From contig CAVRAI010000015.1 in the NCBI GenBank assembly GCA_963718915.1, positions 270,001-302,000 of the forward strand: DNA of 32,000 nt, written 5' to 3'. The stretch is from an uncultured Chloroflexia bacterium. Its GTDB lineage: Bacteria > Chloroflexota > Ktedonobacteria > Ktedonobacterales > JADMIN01. Positions within the stretch are counted from its first letter, which is position 1. Every line of letters starts with the position of its first letter. Under the pieces are notes generated by a model that saw only the letters and a list, made by a program, of their open reading frames with translations, ran no database searches and was not told the DNA's origin. Positions 23,935 to 32,000 of this stretch are shown one piece after another. A program made the translations under genes and the position numbers.

Positions 23935-24845
23935 GCGGCGCCCCTCAGGGCGCGTCTCGCCGCGTTCGGCCCACGTCGCCCAAGCTGGATGCGAAGATAG
24001 AGACCACCACACACCACCACATAGGTGGCAAACGCGAACGTAGTGATGAAGAAACCGACAGGGTAGGGGGTGAAATACCCAATGGCAAGGCCAAGCCAGG
24101 TGAAGAGCAGTCCCAGCACGACGGCAATAACTAGCGCCACGGATGGGCGAGAAGAGAGCTGCTGAGCAATGGCAGCCGGTGTTACCAGTAGCGCAAAGAT
24201 CAGCAGCACACCAACCACCTGCACGGCGACTGCCACGACCAATGCCAGGAGCATCAGGTAGGCCAGCCCCAGCGCCCGCACCGGAACCCCACGCGCCGCC
24301 GCGACATCGGGATCGATCGAAGCAAAGAGCAGCGGACGACCCAGCGCCGTGAGCGTCACAAGCAGCGCCAGTGTTAACCATAGAATGATGGTCACATCAT
24401 CAGCGCTAATACCGAGCACATTGCCAAAGAGAATATTGTAGACATTCGCGGCATATTCCGACGTGGCGATGTGAATGAAGAGATAACCCAGCGCCAGCGA
24501 GGCGGTAAAGACAGCGCCGACGGCAATATCATTCTGACGACGTCCGTGTTCGCCAACGTGCAGTGTCTGGATGCCTATGGCCGCCAGTACGCCAGCGATG
24601 AACAGTCCTACGAGTGGAGGAATAGCGAAGAGTACCGCGCCTGTCGCCCCAGCGAAGCCGACGTTGGCCAGGCTATGTCCGGCAAAACTCTGACTGCGCA
24701 GCACCATGAAATAGCCCATCAGGCCAGCGATCACGGCGACGAGCGTGCCAGCGAGATACGCGTTGCGCATGAAAGGGAACTCGAAGAGCAGTTGGAGGTC
24801 GGCGACCAGATCCCAGGATGGCCGCACCAGATCAGCGATGAGCAT
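23931..24845 (-). CDS. Metal ABC transporter permease (TroC/ZnuB-like), first permease
   Basis: Contains FEFPFMRNAYLAGTLVAVIAGLMGYFMVLRSQSFAGHSLANVGFAG, the ABC-3 family signature. About 8 TM helices. Overlaps the ATPase gene by 14 nt. Confidence 0.9.
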   Translation of the reverse strand: MLIADLVRPSWDLVADLQLLFEFPFMRNAYLAGTLVAVIAGLMGYFMVLRSQSFAGHSLANVGFAGATGAVLFAIPPLVGLFIAGVLAAIGIQTLHVGEHGRRQNDIAVGAVFTASLALGYLFIHIATSEYAANVYNILFGNVLGISADDVTIILWLTLALLVTLTALGRPLLFASIDPDVAAARGVPVRALGLAYLMLLALVVAVAVQVVGVLLIFALLVTPAAIAQQLSSRPSVALVIAVVLGLLFTWLGLAIGYFTPYPVGFFITTFAFATYVVVCGGLYLRIQLGRRGPNAARRALRGAA

Positions 24846-25692
24846 GATAGCTCAACTCTTCTTCGGGCTGGCCGACCACAACAATGCGCCCATCGCTGGC
24901 GTGAAGCACTTCGATGGGGGTGGCGTAGAGCCGTGAGAGCGTTTCGGTCGTAATCACCTCCGCTGGCGTGCCGATAGCCACCTGCCTCTTTGCGACATAG
25001 ACAACACGATCTACCGCAGGCAGAATGGGATTGATGTCGTGCGCCACCAGCAGGACAGCTGCGTTGGCGTCGCGGCTAATCTGGCGAATGACTCCAGCGA
25101 CTCCCTGTTGGTTGCGCAGGTCCAGGCTGTCGAGCGGCTCATCCAGCGCCAGGATGCGTGGCTCCGTCGCCAGTGCCTGCGCGATCAGCAACCGTTGCTG
25201 CTCGCCGCCAGATAGCTCGCCGATGGGACGGTCGGCATATGCCGCTGCCCCAACTAATTCGATGACCTCCTGCACGCGATCACGTCTCTGGCGACCTGTA
25301 AAGAACGAGATTGGCAGCCCCCAGCGGTTGCCGTCAACACCCAGTCGCACGATGTCGCGCCCACGTACCCGTACATCGGCGTCGAAATGGCGGCGCTGTG
25401 GGACATACCCAATGGCGGGGTTGCCGCGCCGCGCGGGCATGCCCAGCACCGAGATGAATCCGCTCGCCAGCGGCAGCAGTCCAAGGATAGCTTTGAGGAG
25501 CGTTGATTTGCCCGCGCCATTGGGGCCGAGAATCGCCAGAAACTCACCGGGGCGCACATCGAGCGAGACATGCTCCCAGATGATCTGACCGCCCAGGATG
25601 ACTGTCGCATCTGTGACCTGAATGATCGGCGAGAACACCGCATCAGAGGATGCGCCGTGGGTAGAGGTAACGGCGTCGTCGCTATCAGTCAT
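24832..25692 (-). CDS. Metal ABC transporter ATP-binding protein (ZnuC/TroB-like)
   Basis: Walker A GPNGAGKST, ABC signature LSGGEQQRLLIAQAL, Walker B ILALDEPL. GGAGG lies 8 nt upstream of the ATG. Confidence 0.9.
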   Translation of the reverse strand: MTDSDDAVTSTHGASSDAVFSPIIQVTDATVILGGQIIWEHVSLDVRPGEFLAILGPNGAGKSTLLKAILGLLPLASGFISVLGMPARRGNPAIGYVPQRRHFDADVRVRGRDIVRLGVDGNRWGLPISFFTGRQRRDRVQEVIELVGAAAYADRPIGELSGGEQQRLLIAQALATEPRILALDEPLDSLDLRNQQGVAGVIRQISRDANAAVLLVAHDINPILPAVDRVVYVAKRQVAIGTPAEVITTETLSRLYATPIEVLHASDGRIVVVGQPEEELSYHAHR

Positions 25693-25711
25693 GAATAGCC
25701 TCCATTGCGCG

Positions 25712-26662
25712 TTACTTGCCGGTAGCCTGGGCCAAGGCCGATTCGATGCCCTGAAGCTGCGCCGATTGCCAGTCTTGAAACGAGGCGGTGGCGGGAGTCA
25801 GCGTCTCGGTAATGGTGGCGACGGGAATGTTATTCGCCTGTGCCAGCTTGATGACTTGCTGGATGTTGTTCGGCGTATTTTGACTGTTATACACCAATAT
25901 CTTGATCTGCCTGGATGTGATCTGTTGCTCGACAGTCGCCTCATCGGCGGCGCTGATGTCTTCACCTTCCGAGACTGCCTTGAGATACGAGGATGGCGTG
26001 ATCAGATTGAGGCCGAGAGCGGGCGCAAGATAGGCGAAGATGCTCTCGGTTGCGCCCACCGGTACGCCATTGTATTTTGCCCTGATGTCGGCAATGAGCT
26101 GATGATAGCGCTGTAGGCCAGTAGTCAGAAATGCCTGGGTGGATTGATCGAAGGCGCTGGCATCGCCTGGGTCCAGCGCCTTGAGGTCATCGCGAATTTT
26201 TTCCGCGACGGCGGTCACATAGGCGGGGTTGTACCACATGTGCGGATTGTCCCCTGCGTGCTTGCCATTGAGTTCGCCGACATCCAGCGTTTTGCGGCCA
26301 CTGACCGGATTGGCCTGGAGTAGTTTATCGGCCCAGGGATCGTAGCCCGCCCCATTGACGATGACGTACTGTGCGGTCGCGACAGCGCGAGCATCCTGAG
26401 CCGTATACTCATAGCTGTGTGGGTCGGCGTTTGGATCAACGATAATGCTTGTCACCTCCACATGAGCGCCCCCCACCTGACTGGCGATGCTCCCCCAGAA
26501 ATTCTCAGCGGCGACTACCCGTAGCTTGCCTCCGCTATCCCCGCTGCTCCCGTTGCTCAGGCCACATCCGGCACATACGGGAACGACACACAGCAACAGA
26601 AATACGACGGCCAGCGCTCCCCTTCGGCGTATTCCCCGTGGATGAATTGATCCGAGTGGCAT
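25712..26662 (-). CDS. Metal ABC transporter substrate-binding lipoprotein (ZnuA/TroA cluster A-I family)
   Basis: Start chosen at ATG 26662, after GGAGAGAGGGAG. Signal peptide with lipobox VCAGC. Contains VVAAENFWGSIASQVGG and DPNADPHSYEYT, typical of ZnuA/TroA-type SBPs. An alternative start is at 26680. Confidence 0.9.
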   Translation of the reverse strand: MPLGSIHPRGIRRRGALAVVFLLLCVVPVCAGCGLSNGSSGDSGGKLRVVAAENFWGSIASQVGGAHVEVTSIIVDPNADPHSYEYTAQDARAVATAQYVIVNGAGYDPWADKLLQANPVSGRKTLDVGELNGKHAGDNPHMWYNPAYVTAVAEKIRDDLKALDPGDASAFDQSTQAFLTTGLQRYHQLIADIRAKYNGVPVGATESIFAYLAPALGLNLITPSSYLKAVSEGEDISAADEATVEQQITSRQIKILVYNSQNTPNNIQQVIKLAQANNIPVATITETLTPATASFQDWQSAQLQGIESALAQATGK

Positions 26663-26699
26663 CCCGCTCCCTCTCTCCATACACACTTGTCGCAACAAA

Positions 26700-26714
26700 T
26701 GATACAATGTATCA
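26700..26714. promoter_or_regulatory. Fur/Zur-box-like 7-1-7 palindrome TGATACA-A-TGTATCA in the divergent znuA / fur-family intergenic region
   Basis: Perfect inverted repeat arms, AT-rich. It overlaps a candidate -10 (TATCAT) of the minus-strand SBP promoter and a TACAAT hexamer on the plus strand. Confidence 0.6.
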
Positions 26715-26755
26715 ATAACTGCGCAAAGCATAGCAGAGGGTTATGAGGAAAGTCA

Positions 26756-27271
26756 ATGACACAAGGTATCAATTTCTATGACGTATACTCTAGAGCACAT
26801 GGTGGTGAAAGGATGGGAGATACAGTAGTGATGGCGATGTCGGCGCATGACATACTCGCGGTCTTCGAGCAGATGGGGCTGCGCACCACTCAGCCGCGCC
26901 GCTTGATCGCCGAGAAATTGGCCGCGCTTGCCGAATCTGCTCGCGACTTCACCACCGACGATCTCTGGATGGAACTGAAAGCCGAGGATCCCGATCTTGG
27001 CCGTTCGACGGTTTTCCGTGCCGTCGATCTGCTGACCGAGCAGGGGATACTTGACCGCGTGACCTTCGCCGATGGCACGCATCGCTACCGCATCTGTGGC
27101 AGCGGTGGCCATCATCACCACGTTACCTGCGTCCAGTGTCATCGTGTCGTCGAGGTGGATGCGTGCCTCGGCGATGATGCGTTGCGCGCCATCGCACAGA
27201 GTACCGATTTCGCGCTGGAAGGCCACTCGCTCGAACTCTTTGGTCGCTGCCGCGACTGTCGCACTCGATAA
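26756..27271 (+). CDS. Fur-family metalloregulator (Zur-like by context)
   Basis: Contains GLRTTQPRRLIAEKL (Fur DNA-binding helix), HHHHVTCVQCHRVVEV and the C-terminal GRCRDC, giving a CxxC pair for the structural Zn site. The start is uncertain: AGGAA precedes 26756, and in-frame ATGs lie at 26813, 26831 and 26837. Confidence 0.85.
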   Translation: MTQGINFYDVYSRAHGGERMGDTVVMAMSAHDILAVFEQMGLRTTQPRRLIAEKLAALAESARDFTTDDLWMELKAEDPDLGRSTVFRAVDLLTEQGILDRVTFADGTHRYRICGSGGHHHHVTCVQCHRVVEVDACLGDDALRAIAQSTDFALEGHSLELFGRCRDCRTR

Positions 27272-27313
27272 ATCCTCAAAGGCAGGGTGGTCTGTAGCCT
27301 ACCCAGGTGAAAG

Positions 27314-28783
27314 CTACTTGCCGATGCAGAACTCGGCGAAGATGCGGTCGAGCAGATCAGCCGTGACCGTCTCGCCGGTAATCTCGCCCAGCGCTTCGAG
27401 CGCGGCCCGCAGATCGATTGCCACGAAGTCCAGCGGCAGGCCGTCGGCCAGCGTCACCTCCGCCGCCTGTACATGCTCCAGCCCACGGCGCAGCGCATCT
27501 TTGTGGCGCGCGCTCGAGACGAGTACATCGCCTGCCTGGGCCGTTCCGCCCAGCGCCAGCGCCGCAATCTGGCCTTCGAGCGCGGCCAGACCATCGCCTG
27601 TGAGCGTTGAGGTGGCAACCAGTGGCGCGCCGGGCCAGAGCGCCTGCGCCGTCTCCTCTGAGACCTGGCGCGGCAGATCCGCCTTGTTGAGCACGAGAAT
27701 CGCTGGCCGCGCGGTCTCGCTCTCCGTCAGTTCATGTAGCTCCGCAGCGACCGACTCATCGAGCGGCGAGAGTGGCTCCGCGCCGTCGAGGACGAGCAGC
27801 AATAGGTCAGCCGACCGCGCCGCCGCGCGCGACCGCTCCACGCCGATACGCTCCACCGGATCATCGCTTGGCGTCAGCCCGGCGGTATCCACCAGTTGAG
27901 CGGCCAGCCCGCCAATCAACGCCTTCTCCTCCACCGTGTCGCGGGTCGTCCCGGCAACCGGCGTGACGATGGCGCGCTCGGTGCGCAAGAGCGCATTGAG
28001 CAGACTCGATTTACCCACATTGGGACGGCCCACCAGCGCCACGCGCAGCCCCTCGCGGAGAACTCGCCCGCGATCCGCACCCGCCAGCAGCCGCTCGATG
28101 GTCTGTCGCGCTTCGGCAATCAGTCCCGCCAGTTCAGCCGGGTCGGGTGGTGGTACCTCTTCTTCGGGGAAGTCGATGCTGGCCTCGATACGCACCATGG
28201 CGTCCATCGCGTGCCTGCGCGCCGCGCCAACCTCCGCCGAAAGCTCACCCTGAAGCTGGCGTAGCGCCAGCCGGTGGCCCGCGTCGGTCTCGGCGTTGAT
28301 GAGCGCCATGACCGCCTCAGCCTGCGCCAGATCAACGCGCCCATTGAGGAAGGCCCGCAGCGTCATCTCGCCCGGCTGGGCCGAGCGCGCGCCCGCCGCC
28401 AGCGCCACCTCGAGGATGCGCCGCAGCACCAGCGGCCCGCCGTGCGCCGAAATCTCGACGACATCCTCGCGGGTGTAGGTGCGTGGCGCGCGCATGAATG
28501 CCGCCAGCGCCTCGTCTATGATGATTTCGCTGGCGGGGTCCACCACGTGGCCGTAGAGCAGTTGGTGCGAGGGCGGCGACTCCGCCTCGGCCAGCGGATG
28601 CGACGGGCGGAAGATGCGCAGGCCAACGGCGAACGCCTCCGGTCCGCTCAGCCGGATGATGCCGATGCCGCCGACCCCCGGCGGAGTGGCAATCGCGGCG
28701 ATGGTGTCGTCGGTGTATGCGTCGGTTGGTGTGGTTGACAGTGACTCGTCGTGGATGTCGTCGGATGTGCTCATACGGTGCAT
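27314..28783 (-). CDS. mnmE: tRNA modification GTPase MnmE (TrmE)
   Basis: Contains DTIAAIATPPGVGGIGIIRLSG, the G-domain motifs GRPNVGKSSLLNAL and DTAGL, and the invariant C-terminal FCIGK. The start is at ATG 28783 or 28774; the longer ORF to 28984 is not supported. Confidence 0.9.
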   Translation of the reverse strand: MHRMSTSDDIHDESLSTTPTDAYTDDTIAAIATPPGVGGIGIIRLSGPEAFAVGLRIFRPSHPLAEAESPPSHQLLYGHVVDPASEIIIDEALAAFMRAPRTYTREDVVEISAHGGPLVLRRILEVALAAGARSAQPGEMTLRAFLNGRVDLAQAEAVMALINAETDAGHRLALRQLQGELSAEVGAARRHAMDAMVRIEASIDFPEEEVPPPDPAELAGLIAEARQTIERLLAGADRGRVLREGLRVALVGRPNVGKSSLLNALLRTERAIVTPVAGTTRDTVEEKALIGGLAAQLVDTAGLTPSDDPVERIGVERSRAAARSADLLLLVLDGAEPLSPLDESVAAELHELTESETARPAILVLNKADLPRQVSEETAQALWPGAPLVATSTLTGDGLAALEGQIAALALGGTAQAGDVLVSSARHKDALRRGLEHVQAAEVTLADGLPLDFVAIDLRAALEALGEITGETVTADLLDRIFAEFCIGK

Positions 28784-28974
28784 GGTATCACGGGATGGTG
28801 TGTGCCTGGCGCAGAAGGGTAGCCCGAGAAGAAAAAGCGTCCATCCGGCCATTAGTGATATACTCTTGAGGGTGCGCTCTGCGCCAGCCGCTGTTTTGTG
28901 GATGTTGAGAACGTGCGTGAATTCAGCAATCATCACTGTGGATATTGCGGACCTTGACAGATATTTGAGGGAAT

Positions 28975-30843
28975 ATGCAGGCAACGGAAATGCAAGGGAC
29001 TGAGGCCGGACGAAGGGTCCGTGACGACATTCGTAATGTGGCGATCATCGCGCACGTAGACCATGGCAAGACGACGCTGGTGGACGGACTGCTCAAGCAG
29101 AGCCATATCTTTCGCGACAATCAGCAGGTCGGCGAGCTGATTATGGACTCCAATGAATTGGAGCGTGAGCGCGGCATCACCATCCTCGCTAAGAATACGG
29201 CGATCACCTATCGCGACATCAAGATCAACATCATCGACACCCCCGGACACGCCGACTTCGGCGGCGAGGTGGAGCGCGTGCTGAATATGGCCGACGGCTG
29301 CCTGCTGCTGGTGGATGCCGTCGAGGGGCCGATGCCGCAGACGCGCTTCGTGCTGAAGAAGGCGCTTGAGCTTGGGCTGCGGCCAATTGTGGTCATCAAC
29401 AAGATTGACCGCCGCGACGCGCGCATCCAGCAGGTGTTGGACTGGACGCAGGATCTCTTCCTGGAACTGGCGACCCGCGACGACCAGCTTGATTTCCCCG
29501 TGCTCTATGCCATCGCCCGCGAGGGGATTGCCCGCAGGGCGCCCGGCGACACCAACACCGATCTGGAGCCGCTCTTCGAGGCGATTGTCAACGTGGTGCC
29601 CGCGCCGGTCGTGGAGGAAGGCGCGCCGTTCCAGATGCTGGTGACGACGCTGGATTACGACGACTACAAGGGCAAGTACGCGATTGGCCGCATCACCCGC
29701 GGGCGTGTCCGTTCGGGGATGGCGGTGGCGCATCTCTCGCGCGAGGGGGAGATGAAGCGCGGGCGTGTGGGCCAGGTTTTCACCTGGCGCGGGCTGGCGC
29801 GGGTCGAGGTCGAGGAGGCGAGCGCGGGCGATATCGTCGCGCTGACGGGCATCGCCGACGCCAATATCAGCGACACCATCGCCGATTTCGACAATCCCGA
29901 GGCGCTACCGACGCTGGCCATCGAGGAGCCAACGCTCAAGATGACGTTCGGCGTCAACACCAGCCCGCTCGGCGGACGCGAGGGCAAGTTCAGCACGTCG
30001 CGCCAGTTGCGCGCCCGGCTCTATCGCGAGCTGGAGACGAACGTCAGCCTGCGCGTCGAGGATGGCAGCACCGCCGACGAGTTCATTGTCTCCGGGCGTG
30101 GTGAGCTGCACCTTTCGATTCTGATCGAGACGATGCGCCGCGAGGGCTACGAGCTTCAGGTCTCGCGCCCGGAGGTCATCACCCACAACGAGGATGGCCG
30201 GGTGCTGGAGCCGATGGAGCGGCTGGTGATCGATACACGCGAGAACTACATCGGCGCGATCAGCGAGACGCTGGCGATCCGCAAGGGGCGCATGGCGAAC
30301 ATGGTCTACGATGGCCAGGGCAACGTCCGGCTGGAGTACGATATCCCCACGCGCGGCCTGATTGGCTTCCGCAATGCGTTTCTGACGCTGACCCAGGGCA
30401 ACGGCGCGATGTCGAGCATGCTGACGGACTATTCGCTGTGGCTCGGCCCCATTGGCATCGCCCGCAACGGCGCGCTGATCGCCTCGGAGGCGGGCGTCGC
30501 CGTCACCTACGGCCTGAACAACGCCCAGCAGCGTGGCCAGACGTTCATCGAGCCGGGCACGCCCGTCTATGAGGGCATGATCGTCGGGCTGAACGCGCGC
30601 CCGGATGATCTGGCGGTCAATGTCTGCAAGGAGAAGAAGGCGACGAACATCCGCTCGTCCACCTCGGATATCGCGGTGCGCCTCTCGCCAATCGTCAACC
30701 TCAGCCTGGAACAGTCACTCGACTTCATCAACAATGATGAGCTGGTTGAGGTGACGCCGCGGAACGTCCGCCTGCGCAAGCGCCTGCTGACGCAGCACGA
30801 ACGTGCCCGCGCGCGTGACGCGGAGCAGTCGGGCGCGCGATAA
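28975..30843 (+). CDS. typA: Translational GTPase TypA/BipA
   Basis: Contains [33 protein letters not shown] and NKIDR, with an EF-G-like domain architecture (622 aa). The start may instead be the ATG at 28990. Confidence 0.95.
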   Translation: MQATEMQGTEAGRRVRDDIRNVAIIAHVDHGKTTLVDGLLKQSHIFRDNQQVGELIMDSNELERERGITILAKNTAITYRDIKINIIDTPGHADFGGEVERVLNMADGCLLLVDAVEGPMPQTRFVLKKALELGLRPIVVINKIDRRDARIQQVLDWTQDLFLELATRDDQLDFPVLYAIAREGIARRAPGDTNTDLEPLFEAIVNVVPAPVVEEGAPFQMLVTTLDYDDYKGKYAIGRITRGRVRSGMAVAHLSREGEMKRGRVGQVFTWRGLARVEVEEASAGDIVALTGIADANISDTIADFDNPEALPTLAIEEPTLKMTFGVNTSPLGGREGKFSTSRQLRARLYRELETNVSLRVEDGSTADEFIVSGRGELHLSILIETMRREGYELQVSRPEVITHNEDGRVLEPMERLVIDTRENYIGAISETLAIRKGRMANMVYDGQGNVRLEYDIPTRGLIGFRNAFLTLTQGNGAMSSMLTDYSLWLGPIGIARNGALIASEAGVAVTYGLNNAQQRGQTFIEPGTPVYEGMIVGLNARPDDLAVNVCKEKKATNIRSSTSDIAVRLSPIVNLSLEQSLDFINNDELVEVTPRNVRLRKRLLTQHERARARDAEQSGAR

Positions 30844-30870
30844 TTCGCGGATGGGCCACACAATACATCA

Positions 30871-30892
30871 AGGGCAGCCATCTGGCTGCCCT
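30871..30892. terminator. Hairpin between convergent typA and the DUF2690-like gene (possible bidirectional terminator)
   Basis: AGGGCAGCC-ATCT-GGCTGCCCT, a perfect 9-bp stem, located 28 nt after the typA stop. Confidence 0.5.
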
Positions 30893-30918
30893 GTCTTGCT
30901 CCTACGACAATCTCGTAA

Positions 30919-31332
30919 TCAGTAACAATGAGGCCCAACATAATAGCCGAGCGCCCAGCCAGTCACGGTCACATGATTGTTAGGCGCATATATCATAGGT
31001 GTCCAAGCGACATCCCCCACATGAGGGTTATTAATAATTACACTAAAAGTCGGCTTCTGAAAGTTCGAATCACCGCTGCAATAGTTATCAAGTTTGGCGT
31101 TTACGCTGCCTGGATTGATCCAAGCATTTGATGTTATCCTAACCCAGTTGGACTTACATGTGTTGGACCATCGAAGTTCAACATATTCTATGGTGGTACC
31201 ATCGCCAGTATTCTGCACGACGAACGAGGCAATTGTTTGTCCGTCGGTTGCACAGCTTCTGCCATTCACCGTACGATTGGGATCTTCGCCATTACAATTA
31301 TCCGCATTCGGCATACTTACGCAAGTCACCAC
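30919..31332 (-). CDS. DUF2690-like secreted protein, mature-domain portion (separated by a frame change from its signal peptide)
   Basis: NADNCNGEDPNRTVNGRSCATDGQTI...IEYVELRWSNTCKSNWVRI matches the DUF2690 pattern (C..C.G.DP...C...vELRyS..C..nWaRi). This frame has only a GTG start and no signal peptide. Confidence 0.7.
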   Translation of the reverse strand: MVTCVSMPNADNCNGEDPNRTVNGRSCATDGQTIASFVVQNTGDGTTIEYVELRWSNTCKSNWVRITSNAWINPGSVNAKLDNYCSGDSNFQKPTFSVIINNPHVGDVAWTPMIYAPNNHVTVTGWALGYYVGPHCY

Positions 31333-31454
31333 GATGTTAGGGACAGCTTGTTTGGGGGAGTGCCATGAGCGCTGGCTACTGCCACAGGTGAGAGTATGAT
31401 GGCAAGTCCGACAAGAAGCACGAGCGAAACGAGGCGTGAAGGTAGCTTGAACAT
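31326..31454 (-). pseudogene. 42-codon ORF encoding a classical Sec signal peptide that terminates just where the DUF2690-like frame opens
   Basis: Hand translation gives MFKLPSRLVSLVLLVGLAIILSPVAVASA/HGTPPNKLSLTSW-stop. It has an n-region, an h-region and an AxA cleavage site. A C5 run (plus-strand G5 at 31354..31358) lies within the ORF. Adding one base there joins it in frame to 30919..31332. Confidence 0.55.
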
Positions 31455-31543
31455 GGCTAGACTGTGTCTCACTTTCCTGGCTATTAGGCTTTCTAACAGC
31501 CCATTCCTACGCTACGAAGCTGAGCCGTTCGTAGCTCCGCGCA

Positions 31544-31572
31544 ACTATAGCAGGAAACATATAGATTGTCAA
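31544..31572 (-). promoter_or_regulatory. Near-consensus promoter for the DUF2690-like gene (TTGACA-17-TATAGT)
   Basis: On the minus strand, TTGACA (31572..31567), an exact 17-nt spacer, then TATAGT (31549..31544). It lies about 85 nt upstream of the signal-peptide ATG at 31454. Confidence 0.55.
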
Positions 31573-31609
31573 CAGCAATTTAGCAGCTACTCACGTCAAG
31601 CGCGGGCAA

Positions 31610-31641
31610 GCAAGAAGGCAGCCAGACGGCTGCCTTCTTGC
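31610..31641. terminator. Perfect 14-bp hairpin downstream of the 31699..32000 gene (terminator-like)
   Basis: GCAAGAAGGCAGCC-AGAC-GGCTGCCTTCTTGC. It lies 58 nt after the stop of the upstream minus-strand gene and immediately before the next promoter. Confidence 0.5.
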
Positions 31642-31698
31642 CAAATAACCAAGCGCCTCGAAACCTCGCCCCAAGGAAAGGTCGTGGCAGGGGAGAGG

Positions 31699-32000
31699 TC
31701 ACGAGTTCAGCGGCTGCTGTCCTTGGATGTACCAGTCGATATCCGGTGCTGGATTACCTGCTCCACTACCATAGATTTTCACAAAGTGGCCGGGAACGGC
31801 GTCGCGATAGTTACACATCGGCACGTTGCTGGTACTACCGTTGCCGCCATTGCCATTTCCGGTACCATTGCCGCCCGAAGACCCTGCTTCGCCCTGATAC
31901 GGGGCCAGCCCGGCGTTGCAGCCAAAGGCACCCATCGCCATGTCCGGCGGGATCGGGAAAGTGCTCGTCCCCGTCCACTTGTAGTTTTTCATCGCCCAAT
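31699..32000 (-). CDS. Hypothetical protein, C-terminal part (probably continues beyond the window edge); Gly/Asn-rich linker
   Basis: The frame is open to base 32000. The visible sequence has no signal peptide after the ATG at 31992, so the true start is probably outside the window. Contains the low-complexity stretch GSSGGNGTGNGNGGNGSTSN. No family recognised. Confidence 0.45.
   Translation of the reverse strand, partial: WAMKNYKWTGTSTFPIPPDMAMGAFGCNAGLAPYQGEAGSSGGNGTGNGNGGNGSTSNVPMCNYRDAVPGHFVKIYGSGAGNPAPDIDWYIQGQQPLNS

Overview
High-GC (about 60-65%) chromosomal segment from a monoderm-type bacterium. The lineage guess, Chloroflexota- or Actinomycetota-like, is inference only. Most of the window is ordinary chromosome. 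It encodes a PPK2 polyphosphate kinase, a MOP-family flippase, an SGNH hydrolase and an acetoin/pyruvate-type 2-oxoacid dehydrogenase operon (E1alpha, E1beta, E2, AcoX-like ATP-NAD kinase). It also encodes a cupredoxin lipoprotein, tRNA-Leu(GAG) and tRNA-Val(TAC), aroC, an Rrf2 regulator with cysK, and an alpha/beta hydrolase. Further on are a TroA/ZnuA-type metal ABC importer (SBP, ATPase, two permeases) divergent from a Fur/Zur regulator with a clear palindromic box, then mnmE and typA.

The most unusual locus lies at 14.5-22.1 kb. Two paralogous receptor Ser/Thr kinases are transcribed divergently from a shortened, orphan EccC/EssC-type (type VII secretion-like FtsK/SpoIIIE) ATPase. No WXG100 or other T7SS partner genes are in the window. 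A roughly 600-bp non-coding region follows it, with a promoter, multi-hairpin and terminator arrangement (candidate structured RNA) and a perfect 9-bp x 9.6 tandem repeat.

Three loci have reading-frame breaks: the flippase, the kinase-2 ectodomain and a DUF2690-like secreted protein. One break sits in a C5/G5 homopolymer. This points to either indel errors in the assembly or real pseudogenisation. The last ~1.1 kb is markedly lower in GC and encodes secreted proteins. No CRISPR array, transposase, integrase or recognisable defence system was seen.
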